Of a stretch of DNA of 64,000 nucleotides, positions 34,223 through 44,949 are shown in pieces (position 1 is the first letter of the stretch; each line of letters starts with the position of its first letter). The DNA is taken from NCBI GenBank assembly GCA_000146045.2, contig BK006937.2:128001-192000 (forward strand). The letters run 5' to 3'. Position numbers and translations under genes: made by a program. The notes beneath the pieces were generated by a model, which had not been told where the DNA came from, did no database searches, and worked only from the letters and a program-made list of their open reading frames with translations. Origin of the DNA: TPA_inf: Saccharomyces. Lineage: Eukaryota.

Positions 34223-34944
34223 TAGCTGTTTGTATTCGCTTGTTCTCTTTCTTTCTCTCTTAGTAAGCGATAAGTCGAGCTCTACTTAAATTGTGGTACG
34301 TTTTCTTTTTTTCCTATAATATAAAAAAGATAAAAAATCAGGACGAGAAAAAGTAGATCATAACTATAAGTTGTGCATACTCATACTCCACACTCGACGG
34401 CCTAATCTCTGTAAGGATTGTATTTTATTTTTTATTTATTTATTATTTAGATTTTCTAAAAATAAAAAAAAATCATACACTATTTTGATTACACTACTAT
34501 GTAATTTATCTTTGAAAACAACCATGAAAAACTCAATTTTACACACACATGAGTTATCATGAGGAGTCATCAGCCAGACTTAACAATCACACACATTGTT
34601 AAGAGTGGAAAAAAATAATAGTGATAAAAGGAAAAAAGCTAACAATTTGGATTTTACGGGATCTGTCTAAATACGAAACACACACTCGTTTTAGTTCAAA
34701 TATCATAACCATAAAAAAAAAAGCACAATTCAACTTGAGCACGCACACTAAGTAGTAACAACGTTCATTTACAGTAAAGCGAACGGACGAAACAAATAAA
34801 AGAAAGGCATAGTGAGGGATAAAAGGTAGAAAGAATTCAAAAAAGGGTATCGCACACACACACATAGTAGTCTAATTCATGTTCTAGAATGGATATAAAC
34901 AAAGATGAAGGGGACAGGAAATAAAATGGCTCGCTCCGCCCTTT

Positions 34945-35067
34945 TTAGAATCTTTGCAATCCTCTTTGTCTAGCTTGCCATTTTCTGTAGATAATGGTAG
35001 CAATAATGGCAATACAAGCCAAACCGACCAAAATGAAAACTAAAATAACACCACCTGGTAAAGTCAT
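34945..35067 (-). CDS. PMP1: plasma-membrane proteolipid, regulator of H+-ATPase, 40 aa
   Basis: My own translation of the minus strand gives ATG ACT TTA CCA GGT GGT GTT ATT ... CAA AGA TTC TAA, which is MTLPGGVILVFILVGLACIAIIATIIYRKWQARQRGLQRF. It is below the 60-aa ORF-track threshold. Confidence 0.92.
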   Translation of the reverse strand: MTLPGGVILVFILVGLACIAIIATIIYRKWQARQRGLQRF

Positions 35068-36110
35068 TTATGATAGATTAAAAGTGCTGAAATGGGAAGA
35101 GGAGAAACAAACAAAGGATATGTAGGAACAAAAGTTTGCTTGAGTGACTAGTTTGAAGTTGAGAAAAAAAAAGAGATGAAAAAGTTAACTTATTTGCTCT
35201 TCCTTCAAAGTGTGTAGCGTCTTCCTTTAAATACTATTGAAAGGGAAAAAGAATAAATGGAAAAAGGGTAGTAATGAAAAACTCTAAAGGAAGATAAGAC
35301 GCAATAAGAGAAAAAAAGGGAAGTTAAGATTACAAGAGAAACAATAAATTGCTTTCAAAGCTTTATATACTGGCAAGCACGGAAGGCTAAATTTGAAAAA
35401 AAAAAATGGGAAATTATTATCGGAAAAAATTGAAGCTATCTTCTATTACGCAGTGACAAGTCTATATTGACATCTTTCTGCTTTCTGCTTTCTGTTTGTT
35501 GTTTTTTTTCTCATAGTTGTTTTGATTTTACTCTGTTGGAAATGCGAAAATTGTTTTGATTTTACCCGATTGCGACCTATTCCCGGCTTTCCCAAAAAAG
35601 GAATTCCTGTCCAATGCAACGACAGCCATAGAAACAGCCGCGGTTGGGTGCGTGGGTGCGGTAATTTAACGATCATATGGTATGGGTGCACGTGGGATTC
35701 TAGGGGAAGTGCGCGCGGATACCGAATCGGCCATCGAACCGGCCACCCGGATTGAGTTTGGTATGTTGCCTCTTTGCGCAATTTTATTGAATGCAAAGTT
35801 TCTCCTTCTAGTAAAGGACAACAGCTGAAAAATGCTCGATGTCCAAATGACGACATAAACCTCCTCGTTTAGGAAAGAGTTAACACGCCTAGTTTCAGCT
35901 TGTTTCTTTTTATTGTGTAATTAGTTTTCTTACTTAGTACATCTTATTGACCCCACTGTCATCGGATGTGAGAGAGTGGTTCACTTCTGAATTAAGTTTA
36001 GAGATATACTAAATCTAAATAAAAGTCTCTTTCTGCGTGCATATGTTTTCTTGCGCGGGACTCACAAGGATGCGTCTTTTATTTCATAACGCGGTTGTCC
36101 CACCTTAAGC

Positions 36111-38339
36111 TTAGGTATCAGAATCGACTAAATCGTCGATGCTGTCAATTATGTCGTCAATGAGATCTTTTGCGTCGTTGATTATGTCTTGAAGCCAATC
36201 CCCCACTGTGCTAGCAGTAGCGCTAGCTTGTATGCTGCTGCTGCTGCTGCTTCTTGATGATGGTGATGTTTCGCCCAGTAGAGTCTCAGTTGCTGATGGT
36301 ATTGAAGTTGTCATTTCTAGTTTTATCGTTAATGACGAAGATGGCATAGCGGCTATTTCATCAGTGTTTCCATCGTCGTTGTCATCATTATCATTGTCAA
36401 CATTGTCTTGTTCTGTCTCTTCGGGGTACCCGCCCCAAATTATATTATAAGTGCTGAATTCACCAAACTTACTGACCAAATAATCAAAGTCATCTTCAAT
36501 CTCTACTTCTTCGCTGCTCTGGGGTTCGCGGAGTTGGTTCATAAGCATCCCAGTCCCATCATTGGAATTTCTGTCCTTTTCTGCCACACCGCAAATATCA
36601 CACAAAAGGTTGTAAATTTCGGTATTTTGGAACGGCTCAATGTATCCCTGTGGAAAATATGGCCCCATACCAATAAATACAGATCTCATATCGATCGCGT
36701 TATTGTCGTATCCATGTGATCCAATCGTGAACACATTGTCTTCGTTTTTGTCCTTATGATCACCTTTTGCCACCTTCTTCAATTGTTCTTTCTTCATCAC
36801 TGCATACCCAGGCTCGGGCACAATCCAGATTGACGCCATGTGATGATTTTTTCCATCATTAAAGTTCCATTCTTTGGGGAAATTTCCATTAACGTAAACC
36901 GTATACTTGTCTTCATCTATAGAAGTCTTTAAATTGTGGTAAACCTCATTGATGTTTCCGGAATCTTTCAACGATATAGCCATCATCGGACCCTCTAGAT
37001 ATGCGTGCGATACATAATCCTTCCTCAATTTTTCGTCCAGTAAGTCTTCCCATATAATAACATTTGAGGGAACTACGATATCGCTCATACCATGATCGCT
37101 AACAATGACCAAATTAGTAAAGCTGGTTAAATTTCTTTCTTGCAGCGATTCCACTAGTTGCTTCAGAAATGTATCTACTTCCCCCAGTGTTTCAGTGAAG
37201 TCTTCATAATAGTATTCCGACTCTGACGGATATCCATGCTTATGTCCAAAGGCATCTACGTTCGGTACATAACCGAGAATTAGCTGTGGTCTTTCGTTCA
37301 GTGTACTCATATCCACATATTCAATAATCTTGGATAATTTTTGCGAAAGTGGTTCTTTAGCATTGAATTCGTCGAAGTAAAATGGAGTTCTCTCTCTAGC
37401 AATAGGATTTTTATGTTCAGGTTGTAGTTTCTCTTCATTATACTTGGTATAATTCACATCGCTACCTGGCCACATATGGGTAGCAGCTTTGAATGGTATA
37501 TCACCGTCAAATGCAGACTGAACAGTTTGCCATATTGGTTCTGTATCATTATTGTTCCATATTCGAGGGTCCAATACACCTGGATGGAATTCCTCATTAA
37601 GATCAGGATCCCAAAATACGTTAGAGACTATACCGTGGTGTATTGGGTATTGTCCAGTAACCAACGTCCAATGGTTGGGAAAGGTCTCCGTAGGGAAGCT
37701 GGGTACCATAAAAGGTGTGGACGTGATATTCATACCTCCATCATATTTCAATTCATATAAGTCATGTAAAAACGGTGTGTTCCTCTTAGATATGAGTGAA
37801 GGATGGAAACCGTCTAGTGAAATTACTATCGTTAAGGGGAAAAATTCATGCGTACCGTTAAAATACTTCACGTAAGGGTCAAATTCAGGACTGCCAAAGT
37901 GCGATAGCACTCTCGTGGAGTGATGGGGTTTTGCTATGTTAATCATCAGAATTAAAAAAATGGCAAACACCAGCGAGCCAAACAATGTGCGAAATATTAT
38001 TTTAAAAGGCACTTTGGAATGAAATCCCGTTCCAAAAGAAAGTTCATTCTCATCAACAAGTTCAGTATCAATGGGTTGACCATTCGCGTCTAATTCATAT
38101 AGCGGTATACCCCTTCTAAAGTTAGAACCATCCCTACTATCTTTCGCGTCGCCAATCACTATGGGATTGTTTGTCCACTTCAGTCTATTCTTATAAAACC
38201 AATATTTCATCCTGGTCCACGCAGATCGCCACCCCGATCTTACAGCATCTTCATCCGTTATGAAATCATCACGAAATGGATCTTCACTAAAATCATTCAG
38301 CTCGTTATCGAGCGACTCTAAATCATTCTGAAGTTCCAT
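36111..38339 (-). CDS. NPP1: type I nucleotide pyrophosphatase/phosphodiesterase (ENPP family), 742 aa
   Basis: ORF track 742 aa. There is one TM segment. The ENPP catalytic region contains FPTETFPNHWTLVTGQYPIHHGIV (catalytic Thr) and metal-binding D/H residues. The C-terminal region is Asp/Ser-rich. Confidence 0.9.
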   Translation of the reverse strand: MELQNDLESLDNELNDFSEDPFRDDFITDEDAVRSGWRSAWTRMKYWFYKNRLKWTNNPIVIGDAKDSRDGSNFRRGIPLYELDANGQPIDTELVDENELSFGTGFHSKVPFKIIFRTLFGSLVFAIFLILMINIAKPHHSTRVLSHFGSPEFDPYVKYFNGTHEFFPLTIVISLDGFHPSLISKRNTPFLHDLYELKYDGGMNITSTPFMVPSFPTETFPNHWTLVTGQYPIHHGIVSNVFWDPDLNEEFHPGVLDPRIWNNNDTEPIWQTVQSAFDGDIPFKAATHMWPGSDVNYTKYNEEKLQPEHKNPIARERTPFYFDEFNAKEPLSQKLSKIIEYVDMSTLNERPQLILGYVPNVDAFGHKHGYPSESEYYYEDFTETLGEVDTFLKQLVESLQERNLTSFTNLVIVSDHGMSDIVVPSNVIIWEDLLDEKLRKDYVSHAYLEGPMMAISLKDSGNINEVYHNLKTSIDEDKYTVYVNGNFPKEWNFNDGKNHHMASIWIVPEPGYAVMKKEQLKKVAKGDHKDKNEDNVFTIGSHGYDNNAIDMRSVFIGMGPYFPQGYIEPFQNTEIYNLLCDICGVAEKDRNSNDGTGMLMNQLREPQSSEEVEIEDDFDYLVSKFGEFSTYNIIWGGYPEETEQDNVDNDNDDNDDGNTDEIAAMPSSSLTIKLEMTTSIPSATETLLGETSPSSRSSSSSSIQASATASTVGDWLQDIINDAKDLIDDIIDSIDDLVDSDT
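36234..36250 (-). repeat. coding (AGC)n trinucleotide repeat in NPP1 (poly-Ser)
   Basis: The + strand reads gctgctgctgctgctgc. The protein shows SSRSSSSSSIQAS. Confidence 0.85.
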
Positions 38340-38755
38340 CTATAGAGAGTGTTATACTGTACCTCTTTTCAGATATATGTAATTACCTCGCCTCACTTAT
38401 TTTGCTTATTTGTGGTTTGTTAGGCAGTTTGCATATCGTACCAATGTTTTTTTATAACTTCATGTCTTTTCTTTTTTTTCATTTTTAGCATCGTACGCAG
38501 ATATCTTGTCTCGTTATGATATTTTGTGAGATAGGTATCCAAAATTAATAAGAGAAAATGTCGTATTGTGTTCACAATTCACCTGATTGTTTGACTAGTC
38601 CAACCCCTGGTATAATTGTCACTTAATATATTCTTAGCTTCCAGGTGATGTTTTATTCCATTATTTATGTTATGTATATATAATCGTAACTCTTAGAGCA
38701 AAAAGTAAAAAAAAAGGTGGTACTTACCGAGGGAGAATATATACAAATTTATTCG

Positions 38756-38766
38756 TAAATGTAAAT
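38756..38766 (-). other. perfect 11/11 ARS consensus sequence (ATTTACATTTA), candidate replication origin (ARS310 region)
   Basis: The + strand reads taaatgtaaat, and its reverse complement is ATTTACATTTA, matching WTTTAYRTTTW. It sits in an AT-rich intergenic spacer between NPP1 and RHB1, where an ARS maps from memory. Confidence 0.4.
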
Positions 38767-39369
38767 AATTAATTGAAGCAGAGCTAAAAGAAAAATACAA
38801 GAAAATTTATTTACACTCGCTGTTTGGTTCTGATCTTTTGGTATTCACAATTTTAGTGCTGTCCAAAAATATTGCGATGTGCTGATAAAGTACATAGTGT
38901 GATCCGACTTCGTCCCAGTCAAAGAAAGGATGAAATATTAGTTAGTACATTTACTGGTTGCTACTGGATGTCCTATCTGAATCTTCCATCTTAGGTACAA
39001 AAAGATTAAGAAAGTCAATTGTCCTTAGTTTTAAAAGACAGTTACTTCATGTCTTTAACATCAACGGCAAATTACTTTGAAAAAATGCACTAAAAGTTAA
39101 CACATGTAGGAGCATTCTAAACATGAAATTTTTAATGGTACTTAGGTTTGCTAACGCATCTTGAAAACTAGCAAAAACCCCATAATTAAAATATTCTTGC
39201 TTGTTAAACGAGGCGTCCAAGCCATTGAAAGGTTTTATCAATATTCAACCTCTTACTATAAATGCAGCACACCGTAACAGGTATGAGAAAGATGTGGTAT
39301 TATTATACAAATTGTACTGACCGCTTTCCTACTAATAAAACCAATGATATCCTAGGGACGCTCGAGTTT

Positions 39370-39999
39370 TCACATTATAGAACATTTATTATTATTTTCG
39401 GCATCAAGCCCCAGAGTTCCTTCGACACGTTCCATTTGTTTCAAAAGGAGCATAAAAGTTTCTTCAACATTATAATCTAACTCGGCACTGCATTCTATAA
39501 ATGCTGCCTGGTTCCTCTTATCTTGACTGCCAATTGTCGAAGCTAGTTTCTCTCCTTCAGCTTTCGTGACACACCTTTTTACACCTTTTGTACTCCTTCC
39601 CAAATCAGCTTTGGTACCCACAAGTATTACCGGGAGGTTATCCTTACCCAGCTGATCTACCAGCTTGTCCCAGAGAATGGGAATAAGATCAAAGCTAGCA
39701 CGATTTATTATACTATAGCACAGTATTATGCCTCGTACGCCCGTCAACGATTTAATGTTTAATAGAGAAACTTCATCTTGGCCTGCAGTATCTAGAATTT
39801 CCAGAGTACAGTCATGACTTTTATAAGGAATTATCCTGGTAAATTCATTTTCAATAGTGGGATAATAGGATTCAACGAACCGCGATTCTACGAAGCGAAC
39901 CGTTAATGTGGTTTTGCCGACATTTCTAGCTCCTATAAGAGCAATCTTTCTCTGAAAGTTATGTGTGGAGTTCGAAGAAGACATAGTGGCGTATTCCAT
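39370..39999 (-). CDS. RHB1: Rheb-like Ras-family small GTPase, 209 aa
   Basis: ORF track 209 aa. G1 GARNVGKTT, G3 DTAGQDE and the G4 motif are present, with a C-terminal CSIM CaaX box. Confidence 0.92.
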   Translation of the reverse strand: MEYATMSSSNSTHNFQRKIALIGARNVGKTTLTVRFVESRFVESYYPTIENEFTRIIPYKSHDCTLEILDTAGQDEVSLLNIKSLTGVRGIILCYSIINRASFDLIPILWDKLVDQLGKDNLPVILVGTKADLGRSTKGVKRCVTKAEGEKLASTIGSQDKRNQAAFIECSAELDYNVEETFMLLLKQMERVEGTLGLDAENNNKCSIM

Positions 40000-40300
40000 T
40001 ATGTCACAGGTTATATCTTTTCTCGCCGTGCCCCAATAAAACTGTTTCGGTAAAGAGACAATTCGAACCAGCCCAAAAGAATGAATATGAAAATATCAAT
40101 ATGCGTCAATGAAAATGGAGGCAAGTTCAATAATTTCACTGGAAATATAACTAGTAATAATTCGTGTAACTGCTGTAGAAATTGTTAGATATTAAACCTG
40201 GCAGAAGCGTCTTGTTAATACTTATAGAGAAACCACCAGTAGCGTTCTTCTGTATCTGAAGATAGTGAAAAATCAAAAAAATAAATCTGTATTCAAAAAA

Positions 40301-40372
40301 AGGTCCTACCCGGATTCGAACCGGGGTTGTCCGGATCAAAACCGAAAGTGATAACCACTACACTATAGGACC
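40301..40372 (-). tRNA. tQ(UUG)C: tRNA-Gln (anticodon UUG)
   Basis: The reverse complement is GGTCCTATAGTGTAGTGGTTATCACTTTCGGTTTTGATCCGGACAACCCCGGTTCGAATCCGGGTAGGACCT. The anticodon loop TTTTGAT gives TTG. This equals yeast tRNA-Gln(UUG). Confidence 0.95.
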
Positions 40373-40387
40373 AGGACTTCTTGTAAT

Positions 40388-41068
40388 ATTTTGTATCTCA
40401 AAATGAGGTATGTCAGTATGACAATACGTCATCCTAAACGTTCATAAAACACATATGAAACAACCTTATAACAAAACGAACAACATGAGATAAAACCCGG
40501 CCTTCCCTAGCTGAACTACCCAAAAGTATAAATGCCTGAACAATTAGTTTAGATCCGAGATTCCGCGCTTCCACCACTTAGTATGATTCATATTTTATAT
40601 GAGAAATGGGTGAATGTTGAGATAATTGTTGGGATTCCATTGTTGATAAAGGCTATAATATTAGGTATACAGAATATACTAGAAGTTCTCCTCGAGGATT
40701 TAGGAATCCATAAAAGGGAATCTGCAATTCTACACAATTCTATAAATATTATTATCATCGTTTTATATGTTAATATTCATTGATCCTATTACATTATCAA
40801 TCCTTGCGTTTCAGCTTCCACTAATTTAGATGACTATTTCTCATCATTTGCGTCATCTTCTAACACCGTATATGATAATATACTAGTAACGTAAATACTA
40901 GTTAGTAGATGATAGTTGATTTTTATTCCAACATTATATAATATATAAGATAAGTAACATTCCGTGAATTAATCTGATAAACTGTTTTGACAACTGGTTA
41001 CTTCCCTAAGACTGTTTATATTAGGATTGTCAAGACACTCCGGTATTACTCGAGCCCGTAATACAACA
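40388..41068 (+). mobile_element. sigma element (Ty3 solo LTR) split into 40388-40599 and 40934-41068 by a delta insertion
   Basis: It starts TTTTGTATCTCAAAATGAGGTATGTCAGTATGACAATACGTCA and ends CTCGAGCCCGTAATACAACA. The two parts sum to about 341 bp, the sigma length. It begins 15 bp upstream of the 5' end of tRNA-Gln, the hallmark Ty3 position. Confidence 0.9.
40600..40933 (-). mobile_element. solo Ty1-type delta LTR inserted into the sigma element
   Basis: It runs TGAGAAATGGGTGAATGTTGAGATAATTGTTGGGATTCC ... GATTTTTATTCCAACA, 334 bp, reading as the complement of TGTTGGAATA...TCTCA. It is flanked by a TTATAT/TATAT duplication of sigma sequence, consistent with a Ty1 5-bp target-site duplication. 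Confidence 0.92.
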
Positions 41069-41216
41069 TAATATCTACATTCTAGATACCGACATATCAA
41101 TATAAAAATACTGAATATTGAGACATCTTTTAGATTACGTTTTGGTTGCCGCAAACCAAAAATGCAATTTAAATGGGTGAATAATTTGAATGGTTAGAAA
41201 TCTATTTGTTGGAATA

Positions 41217-41544
41217 AAAATCCACTATCGTCTATCAACTAATAGTTATATTATCAATATATTATCATATACGGTGTTAAGATGATGACATAAGTTATGA
41301 GAAGCTGTCATCGATGTTAGAGGAAGCTGAAACGCAAGGATTGATAATGTAATAGGATCAATGAATATAAACATATAAAACGGAATGAGGAATAATCGTA
41401 ATATTAGTATGTAGAAATATAGATTCCATTTTGAGGATTCCTATATCCTCGAGGAGAACTTCTAGTATATTCTGTATACCTAATATTATAGCCTTTATCA
41501 ACAATGGAATCCCAACAATTATCTAATTACCCACACATTTCTCA
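41217..41544 (+). mobile_element. solo Ty1/Ty2-type delta LTR
   Basis: It runs TGTTGGAATAAAAATCCACTATCGTCTATCAACTAATAG ... CCACACATTTCTCA, about 328 bp. It is above 90 percent similar to the delta at 23522-23851. A short delta end-fragment (AAATGGGTGAATAATTTGAATGG) precedes it. Confidence 0.9.
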
Positions 41545-41572
41545 CTATTCTCGGTAAAGGTTATAATATTAG

Positions 41573-41888
41573 TGTTGGAATAAAACTCTAAAATACCATC
41601 CATTCAGAAGTATTCATGCTACTAGCATTTTATCACATGAGGTGTAAGAAGATGACATAAAGATTGAGATACAGTCATCAAACCTAATGGAAGCGAAATG
41701 CAGGGATTGATAATGTAATAAGATAATGAAACATAAGAAACAGAAGGTAGGAGTATTATTATGTAGAAATACCGATTCCATTTTAAGGATTCCTATGTCC
41801 TCGAGTAGAACGTCTAGTATATACGAAATATTATACCCTTTAAAAAACAGTGGACCCAACGATAATCACAACATTCACCGATTTCTCA
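41573..41888 (+). mobile_element. diverged delta-family solo LTR
   Basis: It runs TGTTGGAATAAAACTCTAAAATACC ... CACCGATTTCTCA with TG..CA termini. Its internal sequence is colinear with delta at about 75-80 percent identity. It is separated from the previous delta by a 28-bp inverted delta fragment. Confidence 0.8.
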
Positions 41889-42885
41889 CCTGAACAGATC
41901 ACGATCATCCTTCAGAACATCTTGCTGTAGCCATATTAAATTCCTTTGTCTCTGGACTCTTTCTCGCGCGACTGATCTCCCAATGAAGAACTGCGTCAGG
42001 TCATCTCGTCCTCAATTTCTAACCAAAATTGGATGATTTTAGTTCTCACTGACGCTGCTTGAACGTTAACACCGAAAGAGCATGCAATAATCACAGCACG
42101 GTAAACCAACTTGTGTCATATTTAAGAGAAATATTAAAACGCTAAGAAGATAGCTCCCATAATAGAAGTACAAGTTATATTTATCGTTGTCCAACTGCAG
42201 AAGTTAAATAAAGGTAAATAAATCGAGCTAAGAGAAAAAAAAAGTATAGGCAAAATTCCGACCGGAGCTAGCTTTATCTTGCTCCTCCACCTAAGTCACC
42301 TGCTCAGGTCACTCAAGTTCACAATCTTCTGAGAGGATAGATAAAGGAAAAATTGGAACAGATCTTTTCATGGCCTGGCAATTGTCTGTGGATTGGTAAA
42401 GCTCTGTCAGTGAAAAAAAAAGTTCTCGCTCCTTCTTGGTCTCTTCTATTGCCTGAGATTCTAATGCTTTCCTTACATTGTTTCATAAAATAACCAATTT
42501 TTCGTGTCACAATAATCTTGAAATTTGAAGTTTCTAAAATGCATCAGACATGGTGTCGTAATTAGTTGACTTACTTTAACTTCTACCAAGAAGTAGAAAA
42601 TAGCAGAGTGCGTGAACGCATAGCAGAGAACAAAATACTTACTAAACCTTTTCGAATAAGTTAGCAAGAAGCTTTTAAAAACATAGACTTAGAAATTGTC
42701 CTGCACTTGGCAAGGAAGAAAAGAAAGATTAGTTAAACAGAAATCGAAAAATGCATGATGAAAAACTAAGTAGACCTCTTTAGAAGTGTCTTAGCGGCTA
42801 TTGTTCATGATACTTTTGAAAAGAGCCCTGAGATTTTCCATTACCATCAACAGGACCAATGAATAGCTAAAAGAATCGAATGTAT

Positions 42886-44424
42886 CTATCGGAAAGGATT
42901 TGAAATTTCGGCCATTTCCTCATTATGAAGTTCAACTTCCATACTCTCGTCGTCGCCATCATTTTCATTATCCTGGTTGTCGTCATCGTCATCTTCTCCG
43001 GGCATGTCATTAGCATCTATATAAGGAACCTGTTTCTTAGACAAATTCTCTTTTATCTGTAGTGAGCGTATGACGACCGAGACAATTCCGCTTGATATTG
43101 CCGTAGCCAAGAGGGCGTAGCAACCTCTCTCAAACTTGGGCACCATATCTGAAGCAAAGAATAATATAGACCACCATGCGTTAACGGCCCCTGAAAACAT
43201 ATTCATGGAAGCAAGAACGATAGCACGTTCTTGAAGATCTGCATGACAAATAATGTTTGCCCACGAAAAAAAAACCGCTTGTCCAGCGTATGCTACGCCT
43301 CCAAGATACTGTGCAGAAAAGACGACTTTTGGATTTAGTGGGTCTGCACGTATTAGTACCGCAACAATAACCATTACCAATGATATGAAAACAGAAACAT
43401 GCCAATGCCTAGCTCTTGGGATCTTACTCATATATACAGCAGAACAAAGCGTAGAAACTATACCTACGGCAAATATCCCCGAAGGATAATTATTTCTTTG
43501 CGCCAACGTATATTTTTGGTTTTGTAACCATAATGCAAATGTAGAATTAGATGCGAAACCCAAGTTCTCACCTCCCAGAACCCAAACAAGAGAGAACATC
43601 CACCAGTGCCACCTTTTTAAGACTCTAGGAATAGTCGACCAGTCTAACCGGGTGCTTTCGTCCCTAGCGGGGAGCCTTCTCCTAGCATAATGTAGCTCTT
43701 GTTCATTAAAAATGTATCTCGTCATAGAAAATTTGCTAACAGCACTTGTTTGATCAGGAAGGCCGGGGAAGAAAATAAACCCATAAATTGCAATGGGTAA
43801 TGTGATACAAAAATCAATAATGAATAACCATCTCCAACCCGCCAAGCCATTCCGCCCATTCAAATGAGTAAAGATACTTGTTTGCATAAATCCACTGAAC
43901 ATAGATCCCACCAAACCGCTACCTGTAAAAATAGCACTTCTAATGGGCAATTCGTCTTCTTTATACCACGAACCCAAAACAAAATGTGTTCCTGAAAATG
44001 TGCAACTCTCAAATAAGGCTTGAAAGAATCTAATTGCGCAAATATGTTTGAACGATGTAACTTTGTACATTCCCAAGGTCAATAAACCCCAAGCAAACGT
44101 ACAAAAACTTAGCCATATCCTGGGCGGAACACACAATAACATTAAATTATTGGGGACCATACCTACAATGTAACCAATCATGAAAACTGTGTTAGACACG
44201 GTCAAATCGTTTCCGACCATCTTAAGATCTTCCTTCATACCGGATATATATGCATTGGTGAAACCGACACGGTCGACATAATTAATCCAGTATTGCAAGC
44301 AAACAAATGATAGCACAAACAAGTCTATTTTAAACAGAAGTAATCTCTTTTTAATGGCACGCTTGGAAGAAACAGATTCTCTCTCAACCTCATGTTGAGT
44401 GATAGATTTCGATTCCTTCATCAT
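42886..44424 (-). CDS. FEN2: plasma-membrane pantothenate:H+ symporter (MFS, Dal5/allantoate permease family), 512 aa
   Basis: ORF track 512 aa. It has 12 TM segments and an acidic C-terminal tail, DDDDDNQDNENDGDDE. Confidence 0.9.
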   Translation of the reverse strand: MMKESKSITQHEVERESVSSKRAIKKRLLLFKIDLFVLSFVCLQYWINYVDRVGFTNAYISGMKEDLKMVGNDLTVSNTVFMIGYIVGMVPNNLMLLCVPPRIWLSFCTFAWGLLTLGMYKVTSFKHICAIRFFQALFESCTFSGTHFVLGSWYKEDELPIRSAIFTGSGLVGSMFSGFMQTSIFTHLNGRNGLAGWRWLFIIDFCITLPIAIYGFIFFPGLPDQTSAVSKFSMTRYIFNEQELHYARRRLPARDESTRLDWSTIPRVLKRWHWWMFSLVWVLGGENLGFASNSTFALWLQNQKYTLAQRNNYPSGIFAVGIVSTLCSAVYMSKIPRARHWHVSVFISLVMVIVAVLIRADPLNPKVVFSAQYLGGVAYAGQAVFFSWANIICHADLQERAIVLASMNMFSGAVNAWWSILFFASDMVPKFERGCYALLATAISSGIVSVVIRSLQIKENLSKKQVPYIDANDMPGEDDDDDNQDNENDGDDESMEVELHNEEMAEISNPFR

Positions 44425-44949
44425 GACTTAGGCCCAGGCTCTCTCCAATCAAAAATTCTGAAAACAGCTTCTCAATCTTGAATAAATCGGAATACTTTTA
44501 TATCAGAATTACAGGTCCGCCTCATTTCTCTTAAGAGCCGATGTCTTCCTTTACAATATACGCATGTAGAAGATTTGATCGATGCTGAGTTCTTGTAATT
44601 CGTCAAAAATGCCTTTCAAGATCGACTACTCAAAATCTACAATAATCGGACTGCATGGATCAATGGAGGTGTAGGCAATTTTGTAACAATGAAGGATATG
44701 TTAAATTCGCTAAAGCTTCCTCCTCTTTTGCTAAATTTCATCATCAAAAAGCATTTTGCATAACACACGTTAACCAATATATTATAGTATATATACATTC
44801 TATTTGAGAATAAGCATAGTTTTACATAACTAGTTCGTTATTCCAAATGTATTTTTCCTATTTGCCATAAATATTTTAAGTAAAAGAAAGCATGCTCTAG
44901 ATAAAAAATATCGAGGAAGAGTCGAAATAAGCAAGCGTAAATATTACAA

